A DNA stretch of 64,000 nt from an uncultured archaeon (GTDB lineage: Archaea > EX4484-52 > JAADEF01): NCBI GenBank assembly GCA_964407715.1, contig CAYOWP010000005.1, forward strand, positions 1-64,000. The letters are read 5' to 3'. Shown here piece after piece: positions 19,333 through 29,250 of this stretch. The position numbers were made by a program, and so were the translations under genes. The notes under the pieces are model-generated. The model was not told the DNA's origin and searched no databases. It worked only from the letters and a program-made list of their open reading frames with translations. How positions within the stretch are numbered: position 1 is the stretch's first letter; each line of letters starts with the position of its first letter.

Positions 19333-19587
19333 GTGATGAATGTGACAGATGAAGAAGCAAACATGGCAATGAGTAAAAGCATTACTATTACGACATTGAG
19401 TTTTTTGATAAACATACCTAGAGCAGAACTTGAAGAGAAGTTAAAGAACAACGAGTACATAGATGAGTTTGAGATAGAGGAATTGGATGATAAAGATATT
19501 AGGAAAGATGTATTTATCATTTTTAAAAATCCCGTGGATATCAGATATCTTCCAAATGTAATTAGCGAGATTCTTGGTTATCGATAA
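19333..19587 (+). CDS. Hypothetical protein
   Basis: 84 aa acidic ORF upstream of AMP phosphorylase. Confidence 0.55.
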   Translation: MMNVTDEEANMAMSKSITITTLSFLINIPRAELEEKLKNNEYIDEFEIEELDDKDIRKDVFIIFKNPVDIRYLPNVISEILGYR

Positions 19588-19604
19588 ATTAAGGGGATGA
19601 AATA

Positions 19605-21107
19605 ATGGTATTAGAAGCAAGAGTGAAAAATATAAATTTAAATACTTTTTATGAGTGTGCCATAATCTCAAAAAGTCTTGCAAGAAAATTAAATGTGAGA
19701 GAGGGAGACAGGATAAAGGTCAGGAAGAGATTTTCTGAGAAGGTATATATTGTGGATATAGACAATGATAATGAGATTGTAAAGGATGATCAAATAGGTA
19801 TACCTAAAAAGTACTCATCTTTTAAGGATAATGATGTTGTGATGTTGAGAGTCACCAATCCCCCAAAATCAAAAGAAATAATAAAAAAGAAAATTGAGGG
19901 GTATGAACTTTCTAAGAGAGATATTAGATTGCTTATAAGTGATGTATATCATAGGAGATTGTCTAATATTGAGATAGCATCATATCTTACAGCTGTTAAA
20001 ATAAATGGAATGACAATAAAGGAGATTTATTATGTGACTCAAGAGATGTATAAATATGGAGATATCATCTCATGGCCCTGGCATTGGAAAATTGTGGACA
20101 AACATTCCATAGGAGGTATTCCTGGCAATAGAACAACGCCAATTGTAGTTAGCATAGTTGCAGCAGCAGGATTAAAAATTCCAAAAACATCAAGCAGAAG
20201 CATTACATCACCTGCTGGTACGGCAGATACTATAGAGGTATTGGCGGATGTATGCTTCTCTATTGATGAAATAAAGAGAATTGTTAGCAAAACTAATGGA
20301 TGTATGGTATGGGGCGGGGCTTTAGATTTGGCTCCAGTTGATGATATATTTATTCAAATAGAGAAACCTTTGAATTTGGATCCTGAAGGACAAGTAATTG
20401 CATCTATACTCTCAAAGAAGAAATCTGTAGGAAGCAAATATGTGCTTATAGACATACCTTACGGAGATGAGGCAAAGATAGAGGAATTTAATAAAGCAAA
20501 AATTTTGGCAGATAAGTTCAAGATAGTAGGTGCATATTTGGGTATGAGAGTTGAAAGCATAATTACAAAAGGATCATCTCCTATAGGAAGCGGAGTAGGG
20601 CCTGTATTGGAGATGATAGATGTACTTAATGTACTTTATGGAAAGGGGTCTCGTGATTTAAGAGAAAAATCTTTAGAAATGGCGGGGATATTGTTAAATA
20701 TTGCAGGCAAAGGAGATTACAACACTGCAAAATACATATTAGAGAGTGGAAAAGCATTCAAAAAATTTAAGGAGATAATAGAAGCGCAAAATGGTAGCGT
20801 TAATAAATCTCTTATAGATATGCTTGGGAGACATACTTACGAGGTCAAGGCATCTCAGGATGGGATAGTAGAGAAGATAAGCAATTCCTCTATTGCTGAG
20901 ATTGCTAAAAGGGCAGGTGCTCCATCATTCAAAGGTGCTGGCGTATGGTTGTTCAAGAGAGTTGGTGATAAAGTTAAAAAAGGGGAGACATTATTTAAGA
21001 TATATGCTGAAAGCGAGAGAAAATTAGATTATGCGCTTGATGTGGTGAAAGAGAACCCACCATTTTTGCTAAGCAAAAAGGATAGTTTTATTGTGATGGA
21101 GAGGTGA
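19605..21107 (+). CDS. AMP phosphorylase (thymidine phosphorylase family)
   Basis: DKHSIGGIPGNRTT, PKTSSRSITSPAGTADTIEVLA, N-terminal double-psi barrel. Confidence 0.92.
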   Translation: MVLEARVKNINLNTFYECAIISKSLARKLNVREGDRIKVRKRFSEKVYIVDIDNDNEIVKDDQIGIPKKYSSFKDNDVVMLRVTNPPKSKEIIKKKIEGYELSKRDIRLLISDVYHRRLSNIEIASYLTAVKINGMTIKEIYYVTQEMYKYGDIISWPWHWKIVDKHSIGGIPGNRTTPIVVSIVAAAGLKIPKTSSRSITSPAGTADTIEVLADVCFSIDEIKRIVSKTNGCMVWGGALDLAPVDDIFIQIEKPLNLDPEGQVIASILSKKKSVGSKYVLIDIPYGDEAKIEEFNKAKILADKFKIVGAYLGMRVESIITKGSSPIGSGVGPVLEMIDVLNVLYGKGSRDLREKSLEMAGILLNIAGKGDYNTAKYILESGKAFKKFKEIIEAQNGSVNKSLIDMLGRHTYEVKASQDGIVEKISNSSIAEIAKRAGAPSFKGAGVWLFKRVGDKVKKGETLFKIYAESERKLDYALDVVKENPPFLLSKKDSFIVMER

Positions 21108-21113
21108 TAAAAC

Positions 21114-21638
21114 ATGGAGCTATGGAAAAGCATAGAACCTCTTGCTGGGAAGGATGTTGTAAATGTAATTATTGAGATATCAAAGGGCAGTAAAAACAAA
21201 TATGAGTTGGATAAGAAAACAGGATTAATAAAGCTCGATAGAGTTTTATATAGTGCTATGCACTATCCTTTAGATTATGGTCTCATACCAAAGACATATT
21301 GTGAGGATGGGGATCCATTGGACATTTTGGTAATCTCAACGGAATCTCTTCTTCCAGGCGTATTGGTAGAGGCAAGAGTAATAGGAGCTATGAGGATGAT
21401 AGACAGTGGGGAACAGGATGATAAGCTTATAGGAGTAGTGGCAGAGGATCCACGATTGAATCATATAAATGACATAGAAGATGTTGGTGAGCATACATTA
21501 AAAGAAATAAGGCATTTCTTTGAGCATTATAAGGATCTTCAGGGTAAAAAGGTTGAGGTTAAAGAATTTCTCGGCAAACAACAGGCTTTAAAAATACTTA
21601 AGGATAGCATTTCCCTTTATAATCAAAAATTTAAATAA
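21114..21638 (+). CDS. ppa: Inorganic pyrophosphatase
   Basis: KNKYE, YPLDYG, DGDPLDILV, DDKL. Confidence 0.95.
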   Translation: MELWKSIEPLAGKDVVNVIIEISKGSKNKYELDKKTGLIKLDRVLYSAMHYPLDYGLIPKTYCEDGDPLDILVISTESLLPGVLVEARVIGAMRMIDSGEQDDKLIGVVAEDPRLNHINDIEDVGEHTLKEIRHFFEHYKDLQGKKVEVKEFLGKQQALKILKDSISLYNQKFK

Positions 21639-21672
21639 CTTCTTTTTAAATTTTAGATGCAAAAATTGTTCT

Positions 21673-23493
21673 ATGGAAAAGGACAAGGAGATATATGTTC
21701 CGGATACCTCAGCATTGATAAATCATGTGGTTAGCAGATTAATAGAGGAGGGAAGTATAAAGGAAGGTGTTATAATCATACCTAAATTTGTCCTTTCTGA
21801 GTTGGAAAATCAAGCAAATAAAGGCAGAGATATAGGATATTTGGGATTAGAGGAGATAAAGAAGCTAAAGCAATTTGAAAAAGAAGGAAAAGGCATTGAG
21901 GTTACTTTTGAGGGAAGATTGCCTACTCTTGAGGAGATCCAACTCTCAAAATCCGGTAGGATAGATTTTCTTATTAGGGAGATTGCATATGAAAAGGGAG
22001 CAACGCTGATAACCTCTGATTATGTTCAGGCAAAGGTAGCTGAAGCAATGGCTATGAACGTGATATATATTGAAAAGAAAATACCTCTCGAGAAATTGCC
22101 TTTTGAAAGATTTTTTGATGAAAACACAACATCTGTGCATTTAAAGGAAGGATGTAAACCTATGGCAAAAAAAGGAAGACCAGGAAACATGAGATTGGTT
22201 GAGATTGGTGATGAGGTATTAACAAGAGAATATCTTGAAAAACTAATTTCTGATATCTTGGATTATGTTAGGATAGATGATGAGAGTCATGTTGAGATAA
22301 GCAAATTTGATGCTACTGTAGTACAGCTAAGAGAATACCGCATAGCCATTACAAGACCACATTTCTCAGATGGCATAGAAGTAACCATTGTCAAACCTAC
22401 AATTAAATTGACATTAGATGACTATAAATTGAAGGACAAGTTGATAGAGAGATTAAGAACAAAGGCAGAGGGCATATTAATAGCTGGTCCTCCTGGTCAT
22501 GGAAAAACAACATTTGCTCAGGCATTGGCAGAGTATTATCTCAGCTTGAACAGAGTTGTTAAGACAATGGAGCACCCACGTGATCTAAATCTTCCAAAGG
22601 AAATAACCCAATATGCTCCGCTTGATGGAAAGATGGAGAATACAGCAGATATCCTTTTGCTTGTGAGACCTGACAATGTGATATATGATGAGGTTAGGAA
22701 AACTGCAGATTTCAAAATATTTGCGGATATGAGAATGGCAGGTATTGGGATGATAGGAGTGGTACATGCCTCGAATCCCATAGAGGCAGTGCAGAGGTTT
22801 ATAGGAAGGGTTGATCTTGGACTTATACCTCAGATTGTGGATACCGTGATATTTATCCACTCAGGTGAGATCAAGAGAGTATATACTCTCTCATTAACTG
22901 TAAGAACGCCCACAGGGATGATTGATGATGATCTCGCGCGTCCTATTATAGAGGTTAGGGATTTCGAGACAAATGAGTTGAAATATGAGATTTACACATA
23001 TGGAGAGCAAACCGTTGTGATGCCAGTAGAGAATGTGCCAAATGAGAAGCAGGAATCTGCTATAGAGAATCTGGCAAAGGAGATGATATTGAAAGAGGTT
23101 AGAAAATTTGCTAAGAATCCAGAGATTTCTATCATAGATAAAAACAGGGTTGTTGTTAAAGTGGATGAGAAAGATATTGCTAAACTAATAGGCAGGAAAG
23201 GCAAAACAATTAGCAATATAGAGGAGAAGTTAGGCTTGAAGATAAATGTTGAACCCAAAACTGGCACTCTTAAAGATGAAATAGATTATGATTTAGAAGA
23301 GAAGGGAGCTTACATAGTGATATATGTGGATGATAAATTAAAATGTAAAACAGTCGATATATACAGTGATGGTGAGTACTTGCTCTCACCAACTGTAAGT
23401 AAAAAAGGATATATAAAGATAAAGAAGAAATCTGAGCTGGGAAAGAAACTTCTCAGTGCATGGCTCAAAGGCACATTAAAACTTTATGCTTAA
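21673..23493 (+). CDS. PIN-domain ATPase with KH domain (PINA)
   Basis: VPDTSALI PIN, GPPGHGKTT, DEVR, IGRKGKTI KH. Confidence 0.92.
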   Translation: MEKDKEIYVPDTSALINHVVSRLIEEGSIKEGVIIIPKFVLSELENQANKGRDIGYLGLEEIKKLKQFEKEGKGIEVTFEGRLPTLEEIQLSKSGRIDFLIREIAYEKGATLITSDYVQAKVAEAMAMNVIYIEKKIPLEKLPFERFFDENTTSVHLKEGCKPMAKKGRPGNMRLVEIGDEVLTREYLEKLISDILDYVRIDDESHVEISKFDATVVQLREYRIAITRPHFSDGIEVTIVKPTIKLTLDDYKLKDKLIERLRTKAEGILIAGPPGHGKTTFAQALAEYYLSLNRVVKTMEHPRDLNLPKEITQYAPLDGKMENTADILLLVRPDNVIYDEVRKTADFKIFADMRMAGIGMIGVVHASNPIEAVQRFIGRVDLGLIPQIVDTVIFIHSGEIKRVYTLSLTVRTPTGMIDDDLARPIIEVRDFETNELKYEIYTYGEQTVVMPVENVPNEKQESAIENLAKEMILKEVRKFAKNPEISIIDKNRVVVKVDEKDIAKLIGRKGKTISNIEEKLGLKINVEPKTGTLKDEIDYDLEEKGAYIVIYVDDKLKCKTVDIYSDGEYLLSPTVSKKGYIKIKKKSELGKKLLSAWLKGTLKLYA

Positions 23494-23524
23494 TTTTAGA
23501 GTTTTTAGGTAGTTTGTAGATTTT

Positions 23525-23862
23525 GGCATTGTCCAATAATTTTTGATGAGGATTTGTTAACGAGAAAATTCGTTCTTACAATCGCATTAGCTCTACAAAG
23601 TTTGCTGCTCTAATGGGCTTCTTTAAGAGGTTATCTTTTAACAAGGAATTATACCCAGTCAATGAGCAGCAGTAAAGCAGCTAACCTTTTGAAGAGGTTA
23701 GCATGCTACAAAACCTGTAGTAATAGCGATTTCTTCCAATTAACAAAATCATTTAAAATGGTTAACGGGAAGCATAGCCCTATTCAAAGGGTTAACTGCT
23801 CTTATGCACTTCTTTGAGAGGTACGTTTCCGCTTAACAAATAGAGAATTATTGGACAATGCT
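23525..23862. mobile_element. Long MITE-like element (338 bp) carrying several hairpin-unit modules
   Basis: GGCATTGTCCAATAAT ... ATTATTGGACAATGCT; internal block shared with 32605-32820 and 55966-56162; no TSD seen. Confidence 0.85.
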
Positions 23863-23917
23863 CACATCTTTGGTAATAGTCAAAATTTTTTATTTTTTGA
23901 AATACCATAATCTAAAT

Positions 23918-24337
23918 ATGGTGGAGCGATTTGTATTGAGATATCATTTAAAAGCGCGGAAAGGTTGGGTGTGTATAGATAGAGATATAGAAGATCTCCT
24001 TAATAAGATAAAGACCACAAATAAAGAGAGCGGTATTATCCACATATTTGCTAAGGGATCAACAGGATCTGTTATATTGATAGAGGATGATCCAAATCTC
24101 CTACATGATTTGTTTGATATACTTGATAAGATAGCACCTTTTGATAGAGATTACAAACATCACATGACATGGCATGATGATAATGGTGCAAGCCATATAA
24201 GGGCAACTCTCTTGGGTCAAGAAATCTCGATACCATATGAGGAGGGAAGATTACTCAAAGGCACATGGCAAAATATCATTCTCATAAATCATGATACAAG
24301 AGATAGAGAAAGGGAAATAATAGTGACGATATTGTAG
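23918..24337 (+). CDS. yjbQ: YjbQ/UPF0047 family protein (start likely 23918)
   Basis: YKHH...DNGASHIRATLLG, GTWQNI. Confidence 0.9.
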   Translation: MVERFVLRYHLKARKGWVCIDRDIEDLLNKIKTTNKESGIIHIFAKGSTGSVILIEDDPNLLHDLFDILDKIAPFDRDYKHHMTWHDDNGASHIRATLLGQEISIPYEEGRLLKGTWQNIILINHDTRDREREIIVTIL

Positions 24338-24339
24338 TG

Positions 24340-24987
24340 TCATTGAGTGATTTCTTTTAATGCCCTTACATCTACGATCCAATATTTTTGCGATGAGATG
24401 ATGATTGGATTGATTTCCATTTCTAAAAGATTTTCTTCCTTGTATATCTTATACAATTTGAGTATAACATCAGCTAATTTATCTATGTCATACTTTATAT
24501 CGCGGAATTTGTTTTTAGCCAAGAAAAATCCATACTTTGTTGATAATATTAAGTCTTTGATGCCTTCTTTATTTAGCGGAAGAAGCCTAAATGCAACGTC
24601 TTTTTCTAATTCGATATCTATCCCGCCTTTTCCAAAAGATACCACATTACCATATAGATGATCCTTCTTAAATGAAATGTAGAACTCGCGACCTTTAACT
24701 TCTTTCTCTATATATACCTCTTCAGCCTTAGTGATTATCTCTTTATATTTATTTATTAAATCCTCAAGAGAATATACATTAAGATAAATGAGCCCATGTT
24801 CTGTTTTATGCGAATATTTTCGTGAGAAACCTTTTATAACAAAGGGTGGCGTATTGTTATCAAAAAAGTTTTTTATGTCCTCTATTGAGGATATTTTCTT
24901 TCGTGGCACAATATTTAATCCCTCTTCCAAAAATCTATCTTCCAAATCATTCAATGAGAGAAGTTTTACCAGCACCATTGTTTTCAC
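24340..24987 (-). CDS. ADP-forming acyl-CoA synthetase beta-type ATP-grasp subunit
   Basis: SHKTEHG, FGKGGIDIE, EMEINPII, VDVR. Confidence 0.8.
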   Translation of the reverse strand: MKTMVLVKLLSLNDLEDRFLEEGLNIVPRKKISSIEDIKNFFDNNTPPFVIKGFSRKYSHKTEHGLIYLNVYSLEDLINKYKEIITKAEEVYIEKEVKGREFYISFKKDHLYGNVVSFGKGGIDIELEKDVAFRLLPLNKEGIKDLILSTKYGFFLAKNKFRDIKYDIDKLADVILKLYKIYKEENLLEMEINPIIISSQKYWIVDVRALKEITQ

Positions 24988-24989
24988 TC

Positions 24990-25421
24990 CTACATATTTA
25001 ACTTTCTTTGAATTTGTCTTAACATGTCTATGATAAGATCATTTTGAGTTTTTATTGTTCGTAATTCATATATAACATCTTCCAATGATGGATTCTGGAT
25101 GGTTTCTTTTTCAGCATTCTTCGTATTCTCTTCAAATGAAAAGGGATATAATGCTTCAGGGATATTTTTCTCAGGATTCTCAAATTTTTCTGGAGGATTT
25201 TCATTAAATGGAGGAGGATAAAATAATCCTTTTTCCTGTTCTGGAGAATAAGGTTGTTTTTGATTAAGATTACTGACATCTTTAGGATAACTACTCTCAT
25301 TTCTTTCTTCATTCGGATTAATATCTTCATTAATGTTTTTTCCCATTAAAAAGTTTTTACTTGCCTCTAACATCAATTCGCTTTGCGTTTTTTTCTTTTT
25401 TAAGAAATCAAAAACACCCAT
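24990..25421 (-). CDS. Hypothetical protein
   Basis: MGVFDFLKKKK start, Pro/Glu-rich linker, C-terminal coiled coil. Confidence 0.65.
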   Translation of the reverse strand: MGVFDFLKKKKTQSELMLEASKNFLMGKNINEDINPNEERNESSYPKDVSNLNQKQPYSPEQEKGLFYPPPFNENPPEKFENPEKNIPEALYPFSFEENTKNAEKETIQNPSLEDVIYELRTIKTQNDLIIDMLRQIQRKLNM

Positions 25422-25476
25422 AAAAATATATATTCAACCTTGATACTATATATAATTTGTATAAAGGTGAGAGATT

Positions 25477-25725
25477 ATGAGAAAATTTAAGGGACTAAGC
25501 GCAGCTATTGCTGTTGTCATTACCATTGTTGTGTTATTAATAATTGCATTAGCGGTTATTGGAGTTTCAACAGGTGCTATTGGTAAGCTTGGAGGTGTAA
25601 TCTCACATACTCCTGGGGAAGAGGAGATATCATCAACAGTATGTTCATCTCAGATTACTCAAGAGCTTTGTGAGAAATTTGAGAATTGTGAATGGGTTGA
25701 TGGTAAATGTGTTCCAAGAGAATAG
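25477..25725 (+). CDS. Small pilin-like protein with class III signal peptide
   Basis: RKFKG|LSAAIAVVITIVVLLIIA; Cys-rich tail. Confidence 0.7.
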   Translation: MRKFKGLSAAIAVVITIVVLLIIALAVIGVSTGAIGKLGGVISHTPGEEEISSTVCSSQITQELCEKFENCEWVDGKCVPRE

Positions 25726-25742
25726 CATACTCTAAACTTGAT

Positions 25743-25865
25743 ATGACTTTAACTCCAAGAAATCTCGGTTTAGCAGGAGGTATTCTTTGGGGCTTATGCT
25801 TATTTATAACAACTTTGATTTCCATGTTTACAGGATATGCTATGGAATTTTTAAGCATGAAATCT
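25743..25865 (+). pseudogene. 5' fragment of a small membrane protein gene, truncated by the hairpin array
   Basis: MTLTPRNLGLAGGILWGLCLFITTLISMFTGYAMEFLSM, then read-through into repeat DNA. Confidence 0.55.
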
Positions 25866-25875
25866 TTTGATAATT

Positions 25876-26489
25876 TGGTTAAGAGAATGTGTAGCCTGAT
25901 AAGAGGCATCTTGAAGCATCTAACCTTAAATTTCTTTAATGAGAACTGGTTAATGGAAGGGATACCTTCTCGATGAGCCATAGGAGAGCAGCTAACCTTA
26001 AGTGGGTAGCATACTCAAAGAGCTTTGATAATAGCACCATCTTCCCGTTAACCATATTATCAAAAAATTGTTGAGGAGAGGCATGCATCTTTAAAAGAGC
26101 ATGTTACAGCAGCTAATCTTTTGAGCGGTTTTGAAGCAGAGCTATCCTTTTTCAAGGCGAGTTACAATGCTGTAAAGCCTGGGAGAGGGCGATTCTTTTC
26201 GCGTTAACTAAAAAATAAAAAATGGTTAACGGGAAGGATAACCTATTCATTCAGCATATTAGAGCAGCTAACCTTTTTGAAAGGTTAGCATGCTGCAAGA
26301 CCTTGGCGAAAGTGATATCTTCCCGTTAACCAAATTTTTATTAAATCTTTTATTGGTTAACGGGAGACATACCTTATCAAAACACGTATTACAGCAGCTA
26401 ACCTTCGAAAGGGGTTAGTGAGCAGCTAACCTTTTGAGCGGTTAGCATGCTGCAATGTGCTTTGGAAAGCGATTCTCTCGCGTTAACCA
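25876..26489 (-). repeat. Tandem array of hairpin units (4 units plus 1 partial), opposite orientation to the 44.1-45.2 kb array
   Basis: Units 25947-26054, ~26068-26210, 26223-26332, 26354-26489; TGGTTAAC...GTTAACCA ends and a GAGCAGCTAACC...GGTTAGCATGCTG core. Confidence 0.9.
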
Positions 26490-26566
26490 TGACCTTAAAA
26501 ATAAATCAGGTTCATGAGAGGGAGGTTAATTATTTAAATAATTCATTTTCAATAAAATATAAACTT

Positions 26567-27550
26567 ATGGAGATATCAATGACTTATTTTTTATCTTTGT
26601 TGAGCAGTTTTTTGCTTTTTTTGATGCTTATCTTTTCGGGTATAAAAGCAGATAAGAAAAAGGAAATCAGAAAACTCATAATTTCTATTCTTATAACTAT
26701 GTTGGTAGTATATACATTGAAGTTCTCATTGAGATTTGAAAGGCCTGGAACGGATATTTTATTATTTAAATTTGATAAGTATTCTTTTCCAAGTACTCAT
26801 GCAGCTCTTAGCGGAGTTCTTGGATTATATATCTCTACATTATGGTCAATTATTTTAGCAATAATAATAGGCTTGTTAAGATGCTATCTCAAGGCGCATT
26901 ATTTGATGGATATTATTGGAGGATGGATTATAAGCTTAGTGATTTATTGTATAGCATTCCGTAAACAAGAAATCATTTCAAAATCAAAAAAACTTAAGAA
27001 GATATTATTAAGAAAAATTCTTCATGTGATTTTTGGTAGTGGAGTGTTGATTTCAGGAATTCTCTTCTATGATTATTTTCTTTATATAGGCATAGCGATA
27101 ATAGCGCTATATTTAGCGTTTGTTCATACTCCTATCGGAAGAAAGATATATTTAAAAGTTAAGCGTCCTGATAAAACCTGGATTGATGTTCTTTCTCCTG
27201 TATACATTGTTTTGGGAGCCATGATTTCATATTTATTATACCTGGAGCATATATTTTATATCTCTCTTATATTTGTGGCTTATATTGATGCATTTACATC
27301 TGTTATTGGAAATATATTTCCTTATCTTAGATTGCCAAATAAGAGACATCTTACAGGAACAATAATAGGTAGCATGATAGCATATATTATAGTCTCTTGG
27401 TTTTCATCAGAGATATATGGATTTATAAGCTCACTATCTTTTTTTGTATATGAGGTTGTTTTTCCAAGTTATAAAAAAATAAATGATAATTTATTTATTC
27501 CTGTTTGGATTGGGTTATGGCTTATGATACTTGAGAGGTTGATATTATGA
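26567..27550 (+). CDS. PAP2 phosphatase fused to a dolichol/phytol kinase-like (cytidylyltransferase family) membrane domain (start likely 26567)
   Basis: LKFSLRFERP, SFPSTH, RCYLKAHYLMD (PAP2); RKILH, DAFTSVIG, DNLFIP (kinase-like). The ORF-track extension lies in the repeat array. Confidence 0.75.
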   Translation: MEISMTYFLSLLSSFLLFLMLIFSGIKADKKKEIRKLIISILITMLVVYTLKFSLRFERPGTDILLFKFDKYSFPSTHAALSGVLGLYISTLWSIILAIIIGLLRCYLKAHYLMDIIGGWIISLVIYCIAFRKQEIISKSKKLKKILLRKILHVIFGSGVLISGILFYDYFLYIGIAIIALYLAFVHTPIGRKIYLKVKRPDKTWIDVLSPVYIVLGAMISYLLYLEHIFYISLIFVAYIDAFTSVIGNIFPYLRLPNKRHLTGTIIGSMIAYIIVSWFSSEIYGFISSLSFFVYEVVFPSYKKINDNLFIPVWIGLWLMILERLIL

Positions 27551-28176
27551 GATATAAGGTTTTAAGTTTAATATCTGGAGAATTGGACTCTCCTATTGCT
27601 GCATATTTATTAGCGAGAAGAGGATTTAAGGTTGATCTCTTACATTTTGATGCGGAATCATATAATGAAGGAATCTTGCTTTATAAAACCACAAGAATAT
27701 TTGAGAGATTTAAGAAAAATAATATTGTTAAAAGATTATATGTGGTGCATCAAAAATACCTCCTTGATATATTGACAAAAGAGGTTCCACCAAATCTACT
27801 TATAGTGGTGTGGAGAAGGTTTATGGTTAGAATTGCAGAAAGGATTGCAAAAAGATATGGATATGATTTCTTAGCCACAGGAGATTCGATAGGTCAAGTA
27901 GCAAGTCAAACAATCTATAACATGTACGTGATAGATCAAACAACTGAAATGCACATTTTAAAGCCGCTATTATTATGGAACAAAAAAGATATAATAAAAA
28001 TGAATCACAAATTAGGGATATACGATATTACCTCTATAACGAGTTCGTGTCTTCTTGGCATTCCCCTTAAGTCTAAAACATGCACAAAGCTAAGCGAGAT
28101 ATTAAAGATAGAGGAGAAATTGAATGTTGAAGAACTTGTAGATAAATATAAGGAAAATTTAGAGATATTAGAATAA
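27547..28176 (+). CDS. ThiI-like PP-loop domain without THUMP
   Basis: LISGELDSPIAA, TGDSIGQVASQT, KPLL...K.DII. Confidence 0.85.
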   Translation: MRYKVLSLISGELDSPIAAYLLARRGFKVDLLHFDAESYNEGILLYKTTRIFERFKKNNIVKRLYVVHQKYLLDILTKEVPPNLLIVVWRRFMVRIAERIAKRYGYDFLATGDSIGQVASQTIYNMYVIDQTTEMHILKPLLLWNKKDIIKMNHKLGIYDITSITSSCLLGIPLKSKTCTKLSEILKIEEKLNVEELVDKYKENLEILE

Positions 28177-29250
28177 CTCAACATCAAGTGTGAAATCTTC
28201 TCCGGTGTTCAATTCTGGAGGAAGAAGATCAGTGTCTATTATAGCAGCAACTTTATATGCATCTGATAATTTTCTACCTTTTAATCTATCCAAGAAATTG
28301 ATTCCTTCATTCCATCCAAAATAGCAAGTGATTAGATATTCATTATTTTTGATATTTGTCATCCACACTTTATTCTCACTCACGGCAATAAATGTTTCAT
28401 TCTTAATTTGAGAGATATTGACATCATAAATATAGCTATCGCTAGGAGATAACAAAGAGGTGTTGAAATATAAAACATATCCTCTAAAACCATCATAGTT
28501 TATATAAGAACTCAAATTACTTACAACCAATATATATTTATCTTTATCCGGCACAGAGGATAAATCATATGTTGATGGAATATAGGCAATACCATAAAAC
28601 TCATTTCCTACTAATCTTCCATTTGTATAATTACACAACTTAAAGGATGAAAGTATGTTTTCATATGAATTTATGGTTATGTAAGGATCCTCAAAATTCT
28701 CTATTGAGAAATAGGCACATAGCATTTTTTCCAAATTGTATCCCTGCTGATTTATTTTATCTACTATAACATATGAAATATTAAAGCATGCTTTTATTAT
28801 ATCGTATGAGTGCATGGATATTGAGTAATTATTTATCTCCACATCCAAAACAATGTTTTTAAGTGATGCTATCATCTTATACTTTGATAGCCACTCTGTG
28901 ATCGTGCTGTTAATCATAAAATCATTTTTGAATCCATCATAATCCCCATAAATAGATAAATTAAATAATATGTCTTCTGTGTTATTATAAAACCTACCTT
29001 CATAGGTCTCATTATTTATAAGCTCAACTAATGCTCTCTTTAATGCTACCTCAACACTTCTCGGAAAATCACGCTCTAAACATTTTTTTATTTCCTTTAA
29101 GGTATTTCCTCTATAAAAACTTGATGTGGTGCTCTCAACATATTTCATTTTGATTGATAGGTTATAGGTCAAATATACAAGCATTATAGATATTGCGATG
29201 ATAGTAAATAGAGTATACCCTAATCCTTTTTTCTTATTAGTTTTTACCAT
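28168..29250 (-). CDS. Pilus-associated protein with class III-like signal
   Basis: KKKG|LGYTLFTIIAISIML; last gene of a five-gene overlapping operon. Confidence 0.65.
   Translation of the reverse strand: MVKTNKKKGLGYTLFTIIAISIMLVYLTYNLSIKMKYVESTTSSFYRGNTLKEIKKCLERDFPRSVEVALKRALVELINNETYEGRFYNNTEDILFNLSIYGDYDGFKNDFMINSTITEWLSKYKMIASLKNIVLDVEINNYSISMHSYDIIKACFNISYVIVDKINQQGYNLEKMLCAYFSIENFEDPYITINSYENILSSFKLCNYTNGRLVGNEFYGIAYIPSTYDLSSVPDKDKYILVVSNLSSYINYDGFRGYVLYFNTSLLSPSDSYIYDVNISQIKNETFIAVSENKVWMTNIKNNEYLITCYFGWNEGINFLDRLKGRKLSDAYKVAAIIDTDLLPPELNTGEDFTLDVELF

Noticed and set aside
25876-26489. Canonical integron attC cassette array
   Set aside because: The GGTTAAC/GTTAACC ends only approximate RYYYAAC/GTTRRRY, the R-spacer-L geometry differs, no ORFs lie between units and no integrase is seen. 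Kept only as an analogy.
26447-26566. ORF-track N-terminal extensions (also 23858-23917, 11701-11868, 18123-18176, 61014-61073)
   Set aside because: They start in repeat DNA or overlap neighbouring genes; downstream ATGs fit the protein families better.
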